The notes beneath the pieces were generated by a model that did not search any database, had not been told where the DNA came from, and saw only the letters and a list, made by a program, of their open reading frames with translations. The position numbers and the translations under genes were made by a program. From Cenarchaeum sp. (GTDB lineage Archaea > Thermoproteota > Nitrososphaeria > Nitrososphaerales > Nitrosopumilaceae): a stretch of DNA of 64,000 nucleotides. Location: the NCBI GenBank assembly GCA_965212015.1, contig OZ243037.1, forward strand, positions 1,280,001 through 1,344,000. Direction: 5' to 3'. Shown piece by piece: positions 28,795-37,923 of the stretch (positions are counted from its first letter, which is position 1; each line of letters begins with the position of its first letter).

Positions 28795-29289
28795 ATGGCA
28801 GAAACCATCCGCAACGCAGGCCCGCTGGAGCGCATTCTCGGCGAGATCTGCAAGGCGGTGCTGCCCGTGCCCGAAGAGACGTTCCTTGGAAACGAGGACT
28901 CGTCCACGGCAGTATGCACCCTCTCCAGCATACGCCTTTTGAGGGAGATCTCGCAGAATAACCTGGACTGCGTGGCCATAGTGGGACGCCTCTTTTCTGA
29001 GAATGCGGGCATTGACATGCTGGTGCGGTTTGTAAACTCGCACAAAAACATCCGGACCGTAATCCTGTGCGGGGAGGATGCGCGCGGACACAGGCCAGGC
29101 GAATCGCTGCTGGCGCTATACAAGAACGGAATCGACGCCGACGGGAGGATAGTCTCCTCGCACAGTCCACACCCGTTTCTCCAGGTAGGCAGCGGGGAGG
29201 TAGGGCGCTTCCAAAGCCAGGTATCCATTATAGACAGGATAGGCGAGACTGATCCGTCAGTAATCATCGCGCTGATAGACCGTCAATAG
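28795..29289 (+). CDS. MtrA-like (methyltransferase subunit A homolog), soluble
   Basis: AVCTLSS, GRLFSENAGID, LCGEDARGH..GESLLALYKNG, FQSQVSIIDRIG. Confidence 0.85.
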   Translation: MAETIRNAGPLERILGEICKAVLPVPEETFLGNEDSSTAVCTLSSIRLLREISQNNLDCVAIVGRLFSENAGIDMLVRFVNSHKNIRTVILCGEDARGHRPGESLLALYKNGIDADGRIVSSHSPHPFLQVGSGEVGRFQSQVSIIDRIGETDPSVIIALIDRQ

Positions 29290-29630
29290 CCGTTTTTCTG
29301 CCTCTGCCGGTTTATCTCGTTTTTTCTCTTGTATTCGTCCAGGATGTCGTCGGGGGTGAGGCCGAGCTCGAGGGATGCCTGCACCACAAAATGCCAGACG
29401 TCGATTAGCTCCTCGCGCGCATGTGCCTCATCGACTGGCACCGGCTTTTTCCACCACTTCCAGTTCGTGGCGTCTTGCAGCTCGGCTGCCTCGTGAATGA
29501 TTGCAGTGCACAGCGACGAGACTCTCTCCATTCTGTCTGCCGGATACCTTGAAAGATCCATCATGCCCGCAAGACCCTTTTGTAGATCAAAGATCAAACC
29601 CATCCTGTCTTTTTCCCCATCCTGTGTCAA
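29283..29630 (-). CDS. Dimeric all-alpha dUTPase
   Basis: EAAEL, WKWWK, EELIDVWHF, KNEINRQRQ..GY. Confidence 0.85.
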   Translation of the reverse strand: MTQDGEKDRMGLIFDLQKGLAGMMDLSRYPADRMERVSSLCTAIIHEAAELQDATNWKWWKKPVPVDEAHAREELIDVWHFVVQASLELGLTPDDILDEYKRKNEINRQRQKNGY

Positions 29631-29692
29631 GCTATGAATCAGCGGCGGAAATATCAATTAAGTCTTTGTGGATCGCATCGGGGGCGCCCGGT

Positions 29693-30586
29693 CTAGAACC
29701 TGACCATTTTCTCGTACTGCCTCATCCTTTTCGAGATGTCTGATTTTTTTACGCGCAACAGTCCGGCAAGCCCGAATCCCTCCACTGCAAACGAACCCAT
29801 GACATTCCCATAAACCGCCGATCTTTTGATCGACGAAAAACTAGCAGAGTTTCTGCTTGCCAGATACCCGATCATGGCACCCGCAAAAGAGTCGCCCGCC
29901 CCGGTGGGATCCACCACGTCCTCCAGCGAAAAACCAGGCGACGGAAACACCACGTCATCGCAGAACATGAGCGATCCGTGCTCGCCCTTTTTGATTATCA
30001 CGTACGCAGGACCCCAGCCCATTATCTTTTTTGCACATTTGACGAGATTGTGCTCCTTTGTGAGAAGCATTGCCTCCTCGTCGTTGATTACGACGGCATC
30101 CACGGATTTGATCATTTTTCTTACCGCCAGCGGCTTTGTGGAAATCCAAAAGTCTATCGTGTCACACATTGAAAATTTTACGCACTCAAACTCTTTTAGA
30201 ATAGAGACATTCTGTTCTGGATCATTGTTTGCCAGATATACGAACCTTGATTTCCTGTGCTCTTCGGGGACCACCGGCTTGAATCCCGCCAGTACGTTGA
30301 GCTCCGTTCCCAGGGTCTCCCTCGTGCTCAACGTGGCGTCATACCTTCCGTCATAGCGAAACGTCTTGCCCCTCCTGACTGCCAGCCCGCGCAGATCCAA
30401 ATATTCTGAGAGCGTCTTGCGGTATTTGTCCGGAAAGTCGCTTCCCACTACTGCAATCAGGCCCGTCCTTGTGAAAAAGCTTGCCGATATCCCCGCAAAC
30501 GTGCCGGCGCCGCCGAGTGCGTTCCTTAAAACCCTCCCTGGCGTTCTAATCGTGTCCAGCGCAGTAGAGCCAAAAACCGTAAGCAT
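29693..30586 (-). CDS. PfkB-family carbohydrate/nucleoside kinase
   Basis: GGAG, NDEE, KKGEHG, DPTGAGDSFAG. Confidence 0.92.
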   Translation of the reverse strand: MLTVFGSTALDTIRTPGRVLRNALGGAGTFAGISASFFTRTGLIAVVGSDFPDKYRKTLSEYLDLRGLAVRRGKTFRYDGRYDATLSTRETLGTELNVLAGFKPVVPEEHRKSRFVYLANNDPEQNVSILKEFECVKFSMCDTIDFWISTKPLAVRKMIKSVDAVVINDEEAMLLTKEHNLVKCAKKIMGWGPAYVIIKKGEHGSLMFCDDVVFPSPGFSLEDVVDPTGAGDSFAGAMIGYLASRNSASFSSIKRSAVYGNVMGSFAVEGFGLAGLLRVKKSDISKRMRQYEKMVRF

Positions 30587-30597
30587 GGGTTGGGAAT

Positions 30598-31050
30598 CTA
30601 GTTCTGATGTATAAATGCCCTTGCCTGATCCTCTGTAGGATAGTACACGAACGGAACATCGATCGACGCAAACAGCATGTTGTATTTTGTAGTCCCGTCT
30701 ATTTTTATCTGCGGTGCGCTGCCATAGCCGGTCTCTGAGTTTATCACGAATGTCCCGTCCACCACGGTCTTGCCGATGGCAGAAAGAACGAACGGCTCTA
30801 GCGTGCCGTCACCGATTTTTTGCCCGTCGGCGGTAAGCGTAAACTCTGTCTCGCCGGCAGTCAGGATCAGCAGCGACGGATTGTCAAACTCTAGCTCCAG
30901 ATCGTGGAGCGAGCCCCCCTCGGCCTCTCCTAGCAGCCTGCTGTCGGTAATTACCACCCCTATCTGCGTGGCAAAGACGTACTGCGAATATCCAAAGGCG
31001 CCCAGTCCGATGATCAGGCCCGCTATGGCTATCTTTCTTGAGGGCTTCAT
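30598..31050 (-). CDS. Membrane-anchored LEA-2-like protein
   Basis: N-terminal TM, FDNPS motif, beta-rich. Confidence 0.65.
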   Translation of the reverse strand: MKPSRKIAIAGLIIGLGAFGYSQYVFATQIGVVITDSRLLGEAEGGSLHDLELEFDNPSLLILTAGETEFTLTADGQKIGDGTLEPFVLSAIGKTVVDGTFVINSETGYGSAPQIKIDGTTKYNMLFASIDVPFVYYPTEDQARAFIHQN

Positions 31051-31167
31051 GCCTGACTGTCACACTCTTGTTTTTTTAACACAAGGGGGAAAAAAATCAG
31101 ATAACATGTGTAAAAATTTTGATATACTTTTGAATCTCATTTAAGCTACCCAAATAAATCAAATCGG

Positions 31168-31653
31168 GTGCAATATGTACAGTTGGCAAGAATCAGGATA
31201 AAGACAGGCGAGGACGAAATCGAGATCGATTCGAGGGATTTCTATCTGGACAACCATACCGTGGATCAAATCATCCACGACCTGGTAAAGACCATGCAGG
31301 AGGCCAAGATCAGCATGCTTGATGCGTACGAGACAGAGTCGGCCAGGCCGGATACCGGGGCACTAGACGGACTGGAGGATGCAGAGACCTTTGAGCCCGA
31401 ATTCACCGAGCCGGGCCCGGTGCGCCTGCCGCAGATCCGGGAAAAACTGCAGGTTTTGGAGACAAAGTCGTTTTTTGACACGCCCAGGACCGTCTCGGAG
31501 ACCGTCGAGCAGCTAAGGGAGCACGGGTGGGCGGCCAGTCCGCTTGACGTATCGAAGGTACTAGCCAAGATGGCCTTTAGCCGGGAGATACTCAAAAACT
31601 CCCGCGAGCACAGGAGCTTTTATTTCGCCAAAGAGGCGCTGCTCTCTAACTAG
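31168..31653 (+). CDS. Hypothetical protein with C-terminal winged-helix-like domain
   Basis: FFDTPRTVSE...DVSKVLAKM...SFYF; TTTAA TATA-like box upstream. Confidence 0.7.
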   Translation: MQYVQLARIRIKTGEDEIEIDSRDFYLDNHTVDQIIHDLVKTMQEAKISMLDAYETESARPDTGALDGLEDAETFEPEFTEPGPVRLPQIREKLQVLETKSFFDTPRTVSETVEQLREHGWAASPLDVSKVLAKMAFSREILKNSREHRSFYFAKEALLSN

Positions 31654-31831
31654 GATAGCCGCACGCATCACAGGCATCAAACATCGTCCCCTCCAGGTGG
31701 TCAAAGTGGGCATTGCACCCCCTGCAGGTATGGTGCATGTCAAAGTATCCGTCCTCCTCCCTGCCAGTCTGCCTTGACTCCAGATCGGTGCCGCCGCATT
31801 TCATGCAGTGGCAGCCGCAGTCCGTCCTCAC
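31646..31831 (-). CDS. Small Cys/His-rich zinc-binding protein
   Basis: CHCMKC, HHTCRGCNAHFDHLEG, CDAC. Confidence 0.7.
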   Translation of the reverse strand: MRTDCGCHCMKCGGTDLESRQTGREEDGYFDMHHTCRGCNAHFDHLEGTMFDACDACGYPS

Positions 31832-31880
31832 GCCGATTCCCGCTCATAATCTATTATAGTTGTATTGACCGAGAAAAGGC

Positions 31881-32036
31881 ATGGAGAAAAAACGGGTCGT
31901 CCCCGAGGAGATCGACGATCACTTTCGGCTGTTTGGCAAGGAGCCGTGGGAGGTTGATTACGGGGAAAAGTGCCCGCTCTGCGATACGAGAATTGACGAG
32001 TACGGGTTTTGTTCCTGCGGTTCTAGCGGAGAATAA
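31881..32036 (+). CDS. Small zinc-finger protein (51 aa)
   Basis: Manual translation MEKKRVVPEEIDDHFRLFGKEPWEVDYGEKCPLCDTRIDEYGFCSCGSSGE. Confidence 0.72.
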   Translation: MEKKRVVPEEIDDHFRLFGKEPWEVDYGEKCPLCDTRIDEYGFCSCGSSGE

Positions 32037-32928
32037 TCCTGCCCCTTAGCTGCAGTGCCATGATCATGGTAATCCCGGCTACCATTATGGGAACGACCAG
32101 CGGAAACTCGGGTATGACAGAAGTGCCGACGATGGATACCGATTGTGTGTCATTTAGTTTCAGGCTGATGCCGTGACGGTTCTCGTCCACCCCGAACTCG
32201 TAGGTGGGGATCTTTTTGCCGTTGCTCAGGGCCTGGTATGGATTCCAAAGCAGCTCCTGCGGGATGACCAGCGTGACCCACCTTTCGGAATCCTCAAAGT
32301 CATAGCTCAGGCTTTTTTGCGGCTGGTTGAATTCAAACGAATTCAATTCAGTGGACGCCCAAACCTCCACCTCGAACTCCCTGTCCTCCCACGAAACCGT
32401 CTTTGTGGTTTTTTTCTCGTCTGGAACGAACTCTAGGAGCATCTCGCATCCGTGGCAGTTAAACGCCCCCTCGTCTTGCAGATAGACGGGCCTGTTGTTT
32501 ACAAATACCAGGTCTGCCGAGTCGGGCAGGTAAAACGTAGTCGTTACGGGATACAGGAAATCCCACGTCCAGGTCGTTCCGTGTCTTGCAAACATGACGT
32601 CGCTCAAATCATACGTGACAAGGACGTTTTCTGACGTCGGAAATATCGTCACCGTGGTGCCGCCGAATCCCCCGGAAACCCCGTGTTGCACGTCGTTGCC
32701 CCCCTCGTCTGTTATTTTGATATCCGATGCAGTTCCCTCGATTAGCTCAAGGGATCTTGTCGAGCCGCCCCTGAGTACCTCGTGGACCACGCTTACCTCA
32801 TCTAGTCCCTCGATTGTAACTGCGACGCTTTTTACAACCGCAGGCTGGCCGATTCCCAGCTGTGCGTGAACATCGGCAACTCCGATGCCGACTGCAAACG
32901 CTATGATAATGACTGGTATGGGATTCAT
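32023..32928 (-). CDS. Secreted PEF(G)-CTERM surface protein
   Basis: Signal peptide; CHGC; C-terminal GTSVIPEFP plus TM plus basic tail. Confidence 0.8.
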   Translation of the reverse strand: MNPIPVIIIAFAVGIGVADVHAQLGIGQPAVVKSVAVTIEGLDEVSVVHEVLRGGSTRSLELIEGTASDIKITDEGGNDVQHGVSGGFGGTTVTIFPTSENVLVTYDLSDVMFARHGTTWTWDFLYPVTTTFYLPDSADLVFVNNRPVYLQDEGAFNCHGCEMLLEFVPDEKKTTKTVSWEDREFEVEVWASTELNSFEFNQPQKSLSYDFEDSERWVTLVIPQELLWNPYQALSNGKKIPTYEFGVDENRHGISLKLNDTQSVSIVGTSVIPEFPLVVPIMVAGITMIMALQLRGRIILR

Positions 32929-33407
32929 TGTATGGCAACTTTGAGAATTTTGGCCTCTTGCAGCGGGCAGTCGTTGGCATCCCTTTGCAGGTTGACTATC
33001 TTGTCTGCCACGTCCATCCCCTCGGTGACCTCGCCAAACGCGGTGTATTGGCCGTCAAGAAAGGCGCTGTCCGTAGTGACAATAAAGAACTGCGAGCCGG
33101 CGCTGTCCGGATCAGTCGATCTGGCCATGGAAACCGTGCCTCTTTTGTGTGATCTAGAGTTAAATTCCGCCTTGATTGAGTATCCGGGCCCCCCGGTACC
33201 CCACGTACCCTTGTCAGAACCCTTGGTGTTGGGATCCCCGCCCTGAATCATAAAACCCGGAATAACGCGATGGAACAGTACGCCGTCATAAAAGCTGGAA
33301 TCCGCCAGTTTTTTGAAATTACGCACGGTTTCGGGAGCCAAATCCGGCATCAGCCGCAGTACTATTCTCCCAAAGCTGGTCTCTATGGCGGCCTCCGTCA
33401 TTTTCAA
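32925..33407 (-). CDS. Cyclophilin-type PPIase (cytoplasmic)
   Basis: FHRVIPGFMIQGGDP, SAGSQFFI. Confidence 0.95.
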   Translation of the reverse strand: MKMTEAAIETSFGRIVLRLMPDLAPETVRNFKKLADSSFYDGVLFHRVIPGFMIQGGDPNTKGSDKGTWGTGGPGYSIKAEFNSRSHKRGTVSMARSTDPDSAGSQFFIVTTDSAFLDGQYTAFGEVTEGMDVADKIVNLQRDANDCPLQEAKILKVAIQ

Positions 33408-33649
33408 TCCGTCTCTTTTATTATCATAAGAGTCTTGTGTTTGTGTTGCAAGATCTCCGCTACTAGGCCAACGGATTCGGCTGGCGGTTTTTCAATCCGG
33501 GAATTAAATCCTGCCGGCCGTCATGCGGAATCCCAAAGCTGCGGCTTTAACTTTTGCAACGACTTTATCTTTTCCGTTTCCCGGATGTTTCCAAAACAAC
33601 CCGATTGGGGAGTTATAGTTTTATATAGACCGAGTAGAATTCACAACCT

Positions 33650-33952
33650 GTGAATCGTGCAAATCAAAGTGCAATTATTAAAGAAGCGATTAACTCCTGC
33701 CTTGACAAGGGTCTGACTGACAAACAGGACATATACACTAAAGTCGTAGATGATTTGGGCGTGCCGCGTCCCACCGTGCGCAGAGTCGCCCGCGATCTGA
33801 GGCACGAACTGCTAGAGAAAATCGACGAACTCGGTATTCCCCGTTCGACTGCCAGAAAGGTAGCCCGCGATCTCAGAAACGAACTGCTTGAAAAGATCAA
33901 GATTTTACAGTCTGAGACGCAAAAGCATGCAGTCATGATAGAGCAAAAGTAA
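33650..33952 (+). CDS. Small basic HTH-like protein with internal 25-aa tandem duplication
   Basis: LGVPRPTVRRVARDLRHELLEKI / LGIPRSTARKVARDLRNELLEKI; TTTATA box upstream. Confidence 0.75.
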   Translation: MNRANQSAIIKEAINSCLDKGLTDKQDIYTKVVDDLGVPRPTVRRVARDLRHELLEKIDELGIPRSTARKVARDLRNELLEKIKILQSETQKHAVMIEQK

Positions 33953-34023
33953 TAATCCGCACTAATAGCCGCACCGTAGCTTTTACATTACTGTTATATG
34001 CGACGGGCTTTTTGATATTTTTC

Positions 34024-34356
34024 ATGGGCTATTTGGCAAATCATCTGGCCACAGTGGTATGCGCCATATTTGCAGCGGTACTGACAGGCCTATGGTTTGT
34101 GATGGTCCCCGAGTTCCCGGTGCTGGAATTCATCTTTATCATGGCAGTGCCGATAATGTGGTTCCTGACGGCCATGTGCTGGCTGGCGCAAAAAAGCGTA
34201 GATTACGTACATGCGCACCCCGCCGCCAAAACCTCGGAAAGCGCAGTCCAGGTGCTCACGTCTGACGGAAAGCCGGCATCCGGCAATAAAACAAGCCCGG
34301 ACAAAAAAGCAAAGCGACAACCCGGACCTGCTTTAGGACACCATAAAGCTAAATGA
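34024..34356 (+). CDS. Two-TM membrane protein, possibly frameshift-truncated
   Basis: Two hydrophobic helices, then a polar tail; coiled-coil-like text continues in other frames to 34473. Confidence 0.65.
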   Translation: MGYLANHLATVVCAIFAAVLTGLWFVMVPEFPVLEFIFIMAVPIMWFLTAMCWLAQKSVDYVHAHPAAKTSESAVQVLTSDGKPASGNKTSPDKKAKRQPGPALGHHKAK

Positions 34357-34570
34357 GACCGGGATTCGGCGGCTACAGGAGATTGACAATCTGCAGACCA
34401 TGTTCAAATCGAGCCAAAGTCAGAGCTTGCCAATCTGAAAATGCAGGCGTCAAAAAAGCATCCCAAAAAATAGTCACCCCGTACAGTGCTTGCACTGCGT
34501 GCCGTGGCTGTCCTTGCAGCCCGGACAGCTTACCGCCCCGCCGTAATGGCACTTGCATGAGCACGTGACG

Positions 34571-34586
34571 TCATCCATATGGATGA
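34571..34586. promoter_or_regulatory. Perfect 16-bp palindrome TCATCCATATGGATGA
   Basis: Upstream of TATA-like TAATATAT and the 34630 gene. Confidence 0.4.
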
Positions 34587-34629
34587 ATTATGTGTAATAC
34601 TAATATATCATTATCCGCATGTCCTAATC

Positions 34630-35088
34630 ATGGGATTTGGAATAAATCTTTCAAATGGCGCCAAGGCGAGCAAGGCACAGGTTCTCGGCATGCTGTTTGC
34701 AGCCGCACTCGTACCGCTGTCTGCCTCGTCTGTTTTTGCAGATGCGGAATCCCTTGCAGACATTGAGATAGAAAAAACAGTTCTTGCACTAAATGTGCCT
34801 GCTGACAACAAAATGCCCTGGGCATTCGTCGAGGGCAAGGTCTCAAACCCCGTGGCGGACTATCCGGTAATCATACAGATTTATGACGCAGACGGTTCGT
34901 CTGTTGGCGGCAATAATGCCGGCGCGGTACACTTTGCACAGATACCGGTAAATTCCGACGGCACGTACGAGTACAAATTCAGGATTTCAAACACGTCTGT
35001 CGACGGAATAAAAAACATCTTTGAGGGCGATTACGTGGTAAAAATATTCAAGGTCGTATACACGGATCTCAGCCTTGATTCACTCTAG
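34630..35088 (+). CDS. Secreted hypothetical protein
   Basis: Signal peptide; PWAFVEG, YPVIIQI, YEYKFR. Confidence 0.75.
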   Translation: MGFGINLSNGAKASKAQVLGMLFAAALVPLSASSVFADAESLADIEIEKTVLALNVPADNKMPWAFVEGKVSNPVADYPVIIQIYDADGSSVGGNNAGAVHFAQIPVNSDGTYEYKFRISNTSVDGIKNIFEGDYVVKIFKVVYTDLSLDSL

Positions 35089-35599
35089 ACGCAAGTGACA
35101 CAGTGTCATCAACCATATTCTCTAGCCGCCGTCTAGCTGTCAGGTCCGTTATCTTGCCGTCGGCGATCATGTCCGCCTTCATATAGACTGTCTTGGGATT
35201 TGTAATGACTCCGAAATACGACATCATCTGGGTAAGCAGGGTCTGCACGTCGATAAAACCAATGTCCCCTGCGGCCATTATGGATAACCCGGCCACCTTT
35301 CCCGCCGTCTCCTTGTAGTTGATAAACTCAAAGAGATTCTTTAGCGCCGCACTGAAAAACGAGTTGTAAATCGGAGTCCCGATCAGCCAGACGTCGGCCT
35401 CGGTGATGTCCCTTGCGGCCTGTTTTGTGGCCTCGCCATACTCGACGTCATAGCCCCGGTAATAGTCGATTCCGCCCTCCGAGAGGTTGATGAATTTCGT
35501 CTCCTTGTTTTTGGAGCCGGCATGGTCGTAAACAAACCTCATCATGTGCTGCGTGTTTGAAGCCTTTCTGGGACTGCCAGAAATTACCACGATTTTCAC
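35069..35599 (-). CDS. NADPH-dependent FMN reductase
   Basis: SGSPRKASNT, TPIYN, LKNLFE. Confidence 0.9.
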   Translation of the reverse strand: MKIVVISGSPRKASNTQHMMRFVYDHAGSKNKETKFINLSEGGIDYYRGYDVEYGEATKQAARDITEADVWLIGTPIYNSFFSAALKNLFEFINYKETAGKVAGLSIMAAGDIGFIDVQTLLTQMMSYFGVITNPKTVYMKADMIADGKITDLTARRRLENMVDDTVSLASRVNQG

Positions 35600-35653
35600 A
35601 CGGCTGTAGAATTTTACTCTTTATTTAAAGTAAAACTCGGGTTTTGGCCGGAA

Positions 35654-36076
35654 CTAGGAATAGTACTCTTTGAACCCCTTGTCAGTCGGATACAGCTCTA
35701 TTTTGGTCCCAAACATCCCCTGTTTTTGGACTATTTTCAGCAGCCCGCCTGACTCCAAATCCTCCAGAATCACGTCTAGCTCGGCTGAGCTAAATCCGAT
35801 GTTTTTCTGGATGCACTCGAATGTTTTGCAGCCCTTGTTGAGCTCTCCTAAAACGAGCATGTTTCTTGTCTGGGGCTTGAATGAATCCGTCTGGGGCCCG
35901 GATGAGCCCGCCTGAGGCTCAGGCCGCCCCGAATACCCTGGATCCTGCCCGGAATGGGCCCTTTGAATCTCCTGCGCCTGCTCACCCCTTTTCTTCCTGA
36001 TCATGCGCGGAATTATCCTTGCCAGCGGGATTGCCAAAAAGATTACGAGATAAATCCACGAATAGTTGGGCTCCAT
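35654..36076 (-). CDS. Membrane-anchored winged-helix protein
   Basis: N-terminal TM; ILEDLESGGLL...LYPTDKG. Confidence 0.7.
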   Translation of the reverse strand: MEPNYSWIYLVIFLAIPLARIIPRMIRKKRGEQAQEIQRAHSGQDPGYSGRPEPQAGSSGPQTDSFKPQTRNMLVLGELNKGCKTFECIQKNIGFSSAELDVILEDLESGGLLKIVQKQGMFGTKIELYPTDKGFKEYYS

Positions 36077-36160
36077 TGGACTTTGTTGCAGTTAATGTCA
36101 TAAATCTGTTGGGAGCCGCATTGTGCTTGATATAATAATGGGAGATTATCAGCAACACTG

Positions 36161-37024
36161 TTGTCAAAATACCAGTCCCCCAAGATTAACGTGAATATCA
36201 ACATGGCAAAGGGGGTGGCCATAGGCATAATTGTTCTTATTATGATCGGCGTGATGGTGTCTGCCTCCGTAAAGATAGTGGATGCCGGCCACAGGGGCGT
36301 ACTTTTGCACTGGAATGCCGTCGATCTTTCAAGCTCACCGCTTGATGAGGGACTGCATTTCGTGGTTCCCTTCCAGGATGATGTGGTCAATATTGAGGTC
36401 CGTACGCTAAAGTATGCAAACGATGCCAGAAGCGCATCAAAGGATCTGCAGACGGTGGAAACCACCGTTACAGTCAACTATCACCCCGACAAGGAGGGAG
36501 TACACAGGCTGTACAAGAATCTGGGCCTTGACTATGAAAACAGGGTAATTCAGCCGGCCATAGAAGAGACGGTAAAGCAGGTCACGGCAAACTATAACGC
36601 CGAAGAATTAATCACGAAAAGACCCCTTGTCAAGGCCGACATCGAGTCCTCAATCCGGGAGAGACTGAACCAGTTTGACGTGGTAACGGAGGTCATTTCA
36701 ATTACCGATTTTGAATTCTCGTCATTGTTTGCCTCGGCCATCGAGTCCAAGGTGGAGGCAGAACAAAAGGCGCTAAAGGCAGAAAACGATCTGAGAAGGA
36801 TCGAGGTCGAAGCAAGGCAGAGGGAGGCCAACGCCATCGGCGTGGCAAACGCAAACATTGCAGAGGCCAAGGGAGAGGCAGAGGCAATCTCCATAATCAA
36901 CGATGCGCTCTCTACGAATCCAAACTATCTAGAGTGGCTAAAGACGCAGGCATGGGACGGCAAACTGCCGCTCGTGGTAGGCGAGGGCGGAACACCGTTC
37001 ATCCAGATACCCGTGAATCCCTAA
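36161..37024 (+). CDS. SPFH/prohibitin-family protein
   Basis: GHRGV, EGLHF, SKDLQ, AIESKVEAEQ, WDGKLP. Confidence 0.92.
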   Translation: MSKYQSPKINVNINMAKGVAIGIIVLIMIGVMVSASVKIVDAGHRGVLLHWNAVDLSSSPLDEGLHFVVPFQDDVVNIEVRTLKYANDARSASKDLQTVETTVTVNYHPDKEGVHRLYKNLGLDYENRVIQPAIEETVKQVTANYNAEELITKRPLVKADIESSIRERLNQFDVVTEVISITDFEFSSLFASAIESKVEAEQKALKAENDLRRIEVEARQREANAIGVANANIAEAKGEAEAISIINDALSTNPNYLEWLKTQAWDGKLPLVVGEGGTPFIQIPVNP

Positions 37025-37320
37025 TCCTTTCCTGCACGACTGTCCCTTGTTGCGTCATACATTGTAAGGAACTGTTCTGGCTCGTTCTGGCAGTAATTTT
37101 TTTCAAGTCTCGCAACCTCTTTTTGTGATATCTGCTCGCCCCTGCTGTCATAGTATTCCCTGATTATCTGCGACGGGGTTTTCTTGATATTGTATTTCCG
37201 GAGCGTCTGGACTACGGATCTCTTGCGATATAGACCTCGAATCAAAAACCGGTAAACCAGGTATCCGGTCAGTCCCACGATTGCAACAATAAAAACCGGA
37301 ATGATGAATACGGCTGCCAT
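37021..37320 (-). CDS. Small membrane-anchored hypothetical protein
   Basis: N-terminal TM; 4-bp stop overlap with SPFH gene. Confidence 0.65.
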   Translation of the reverse strand: MAAVFIIPVFIVAIVGLTGYLVYRFLIRGLYRKRSVVQTLRKYNIKKTPSQIIREYYDSRGEQISQKEVARLEKNYCQNEPEQFLTMYDATRDSRAGKD

Positions 37321-37402
37321 GCTGTGGATTGTGACTGCTGGTATTTCATTGTTTTTCTCCCGCCCGAATCCGCCTTAAATAACCGCGAACGGATCCCCCG
37401 CC

Positions 37403-37807
37403 CTACAGGACCAGGAGCTTTACATTGTCCATCTTTTTGCTGATCAAAAACCCCTTGGTAATCGTATCTATCCTTTTTGCATCGCCATCAAGCAAAAACA
37501 GCTCGATGCACCTGTCCCCGTCGATCTTGTTGTGAAGATGCGTCGTTATGAGATCCTCGTAATCGTGCTTTATTCCCGCCACCTGATCATCGAAGCGATC
37601 CGCGTGAACCACCATGAGGATCGCGTTCTTTTTGCCCCTCATGTCCTGCTTTTGCTTCTCTTCTTGGACAAAGGCGCGTATTCCGGCCCTTACAATCTCC
37701 GAGCGGCCGGTGAAACCCATGGTCTTTTGAAGCTTGTCAAGCTCCCGTATCATGTCCACATTGAGCGATATCGAGACAATTGTCGTATTCATGGGTTTAT
37801 TAGCCAT
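37403..37807 (-). CDS. NikR/CopG-family metal-responsive regulator
   Basis: RHH IVSISL..GRSEIVRAGI plus metal domain H...HLH..C.E. Confidence 0.9.
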   Translation of the reverse strand: MANKPMNTTIVSISLNVDMIRELDKLQKTMGFTGRSEIVRAGIRAFVQEEKQKQDMRGKKNAILMVVHADRFDDQVAGIKHDYEDLITTHLHNKIDGDRCIELFLLDGDAKRIDTITKGFLISKKMDNVKLLVL

Positions 37808-37892
37808 TATTTAAAATTAGTATGTAAATTTAATAACTCTTTGCTTTTTTTTAACATATTTATTATTAAGAATCATTATAATAGATCCATTA

Positions 37893-37923
37893 ATTATTAA
37901 GTTTAAATAGATAATTTAATAAT
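37893..37923. promoter_or_regulatory. Candidate NikR-type operator ATTATTAA-N15-TTAATAAT
   Basis: 8-bp inverted half-sites flanking TTTAAATA TATA box of znuA. Confidence 0.5.

Noticed and set aside
28699-29091. Long N-terminal extension of the 28138 membrane gene
   Set aside because: Antisense to the MtrA-like CDS
28795-29289. Evidence of methanogenesis
   Set aside because: Lone MtrA-like domain; no mtr operon or mcr genes in the window
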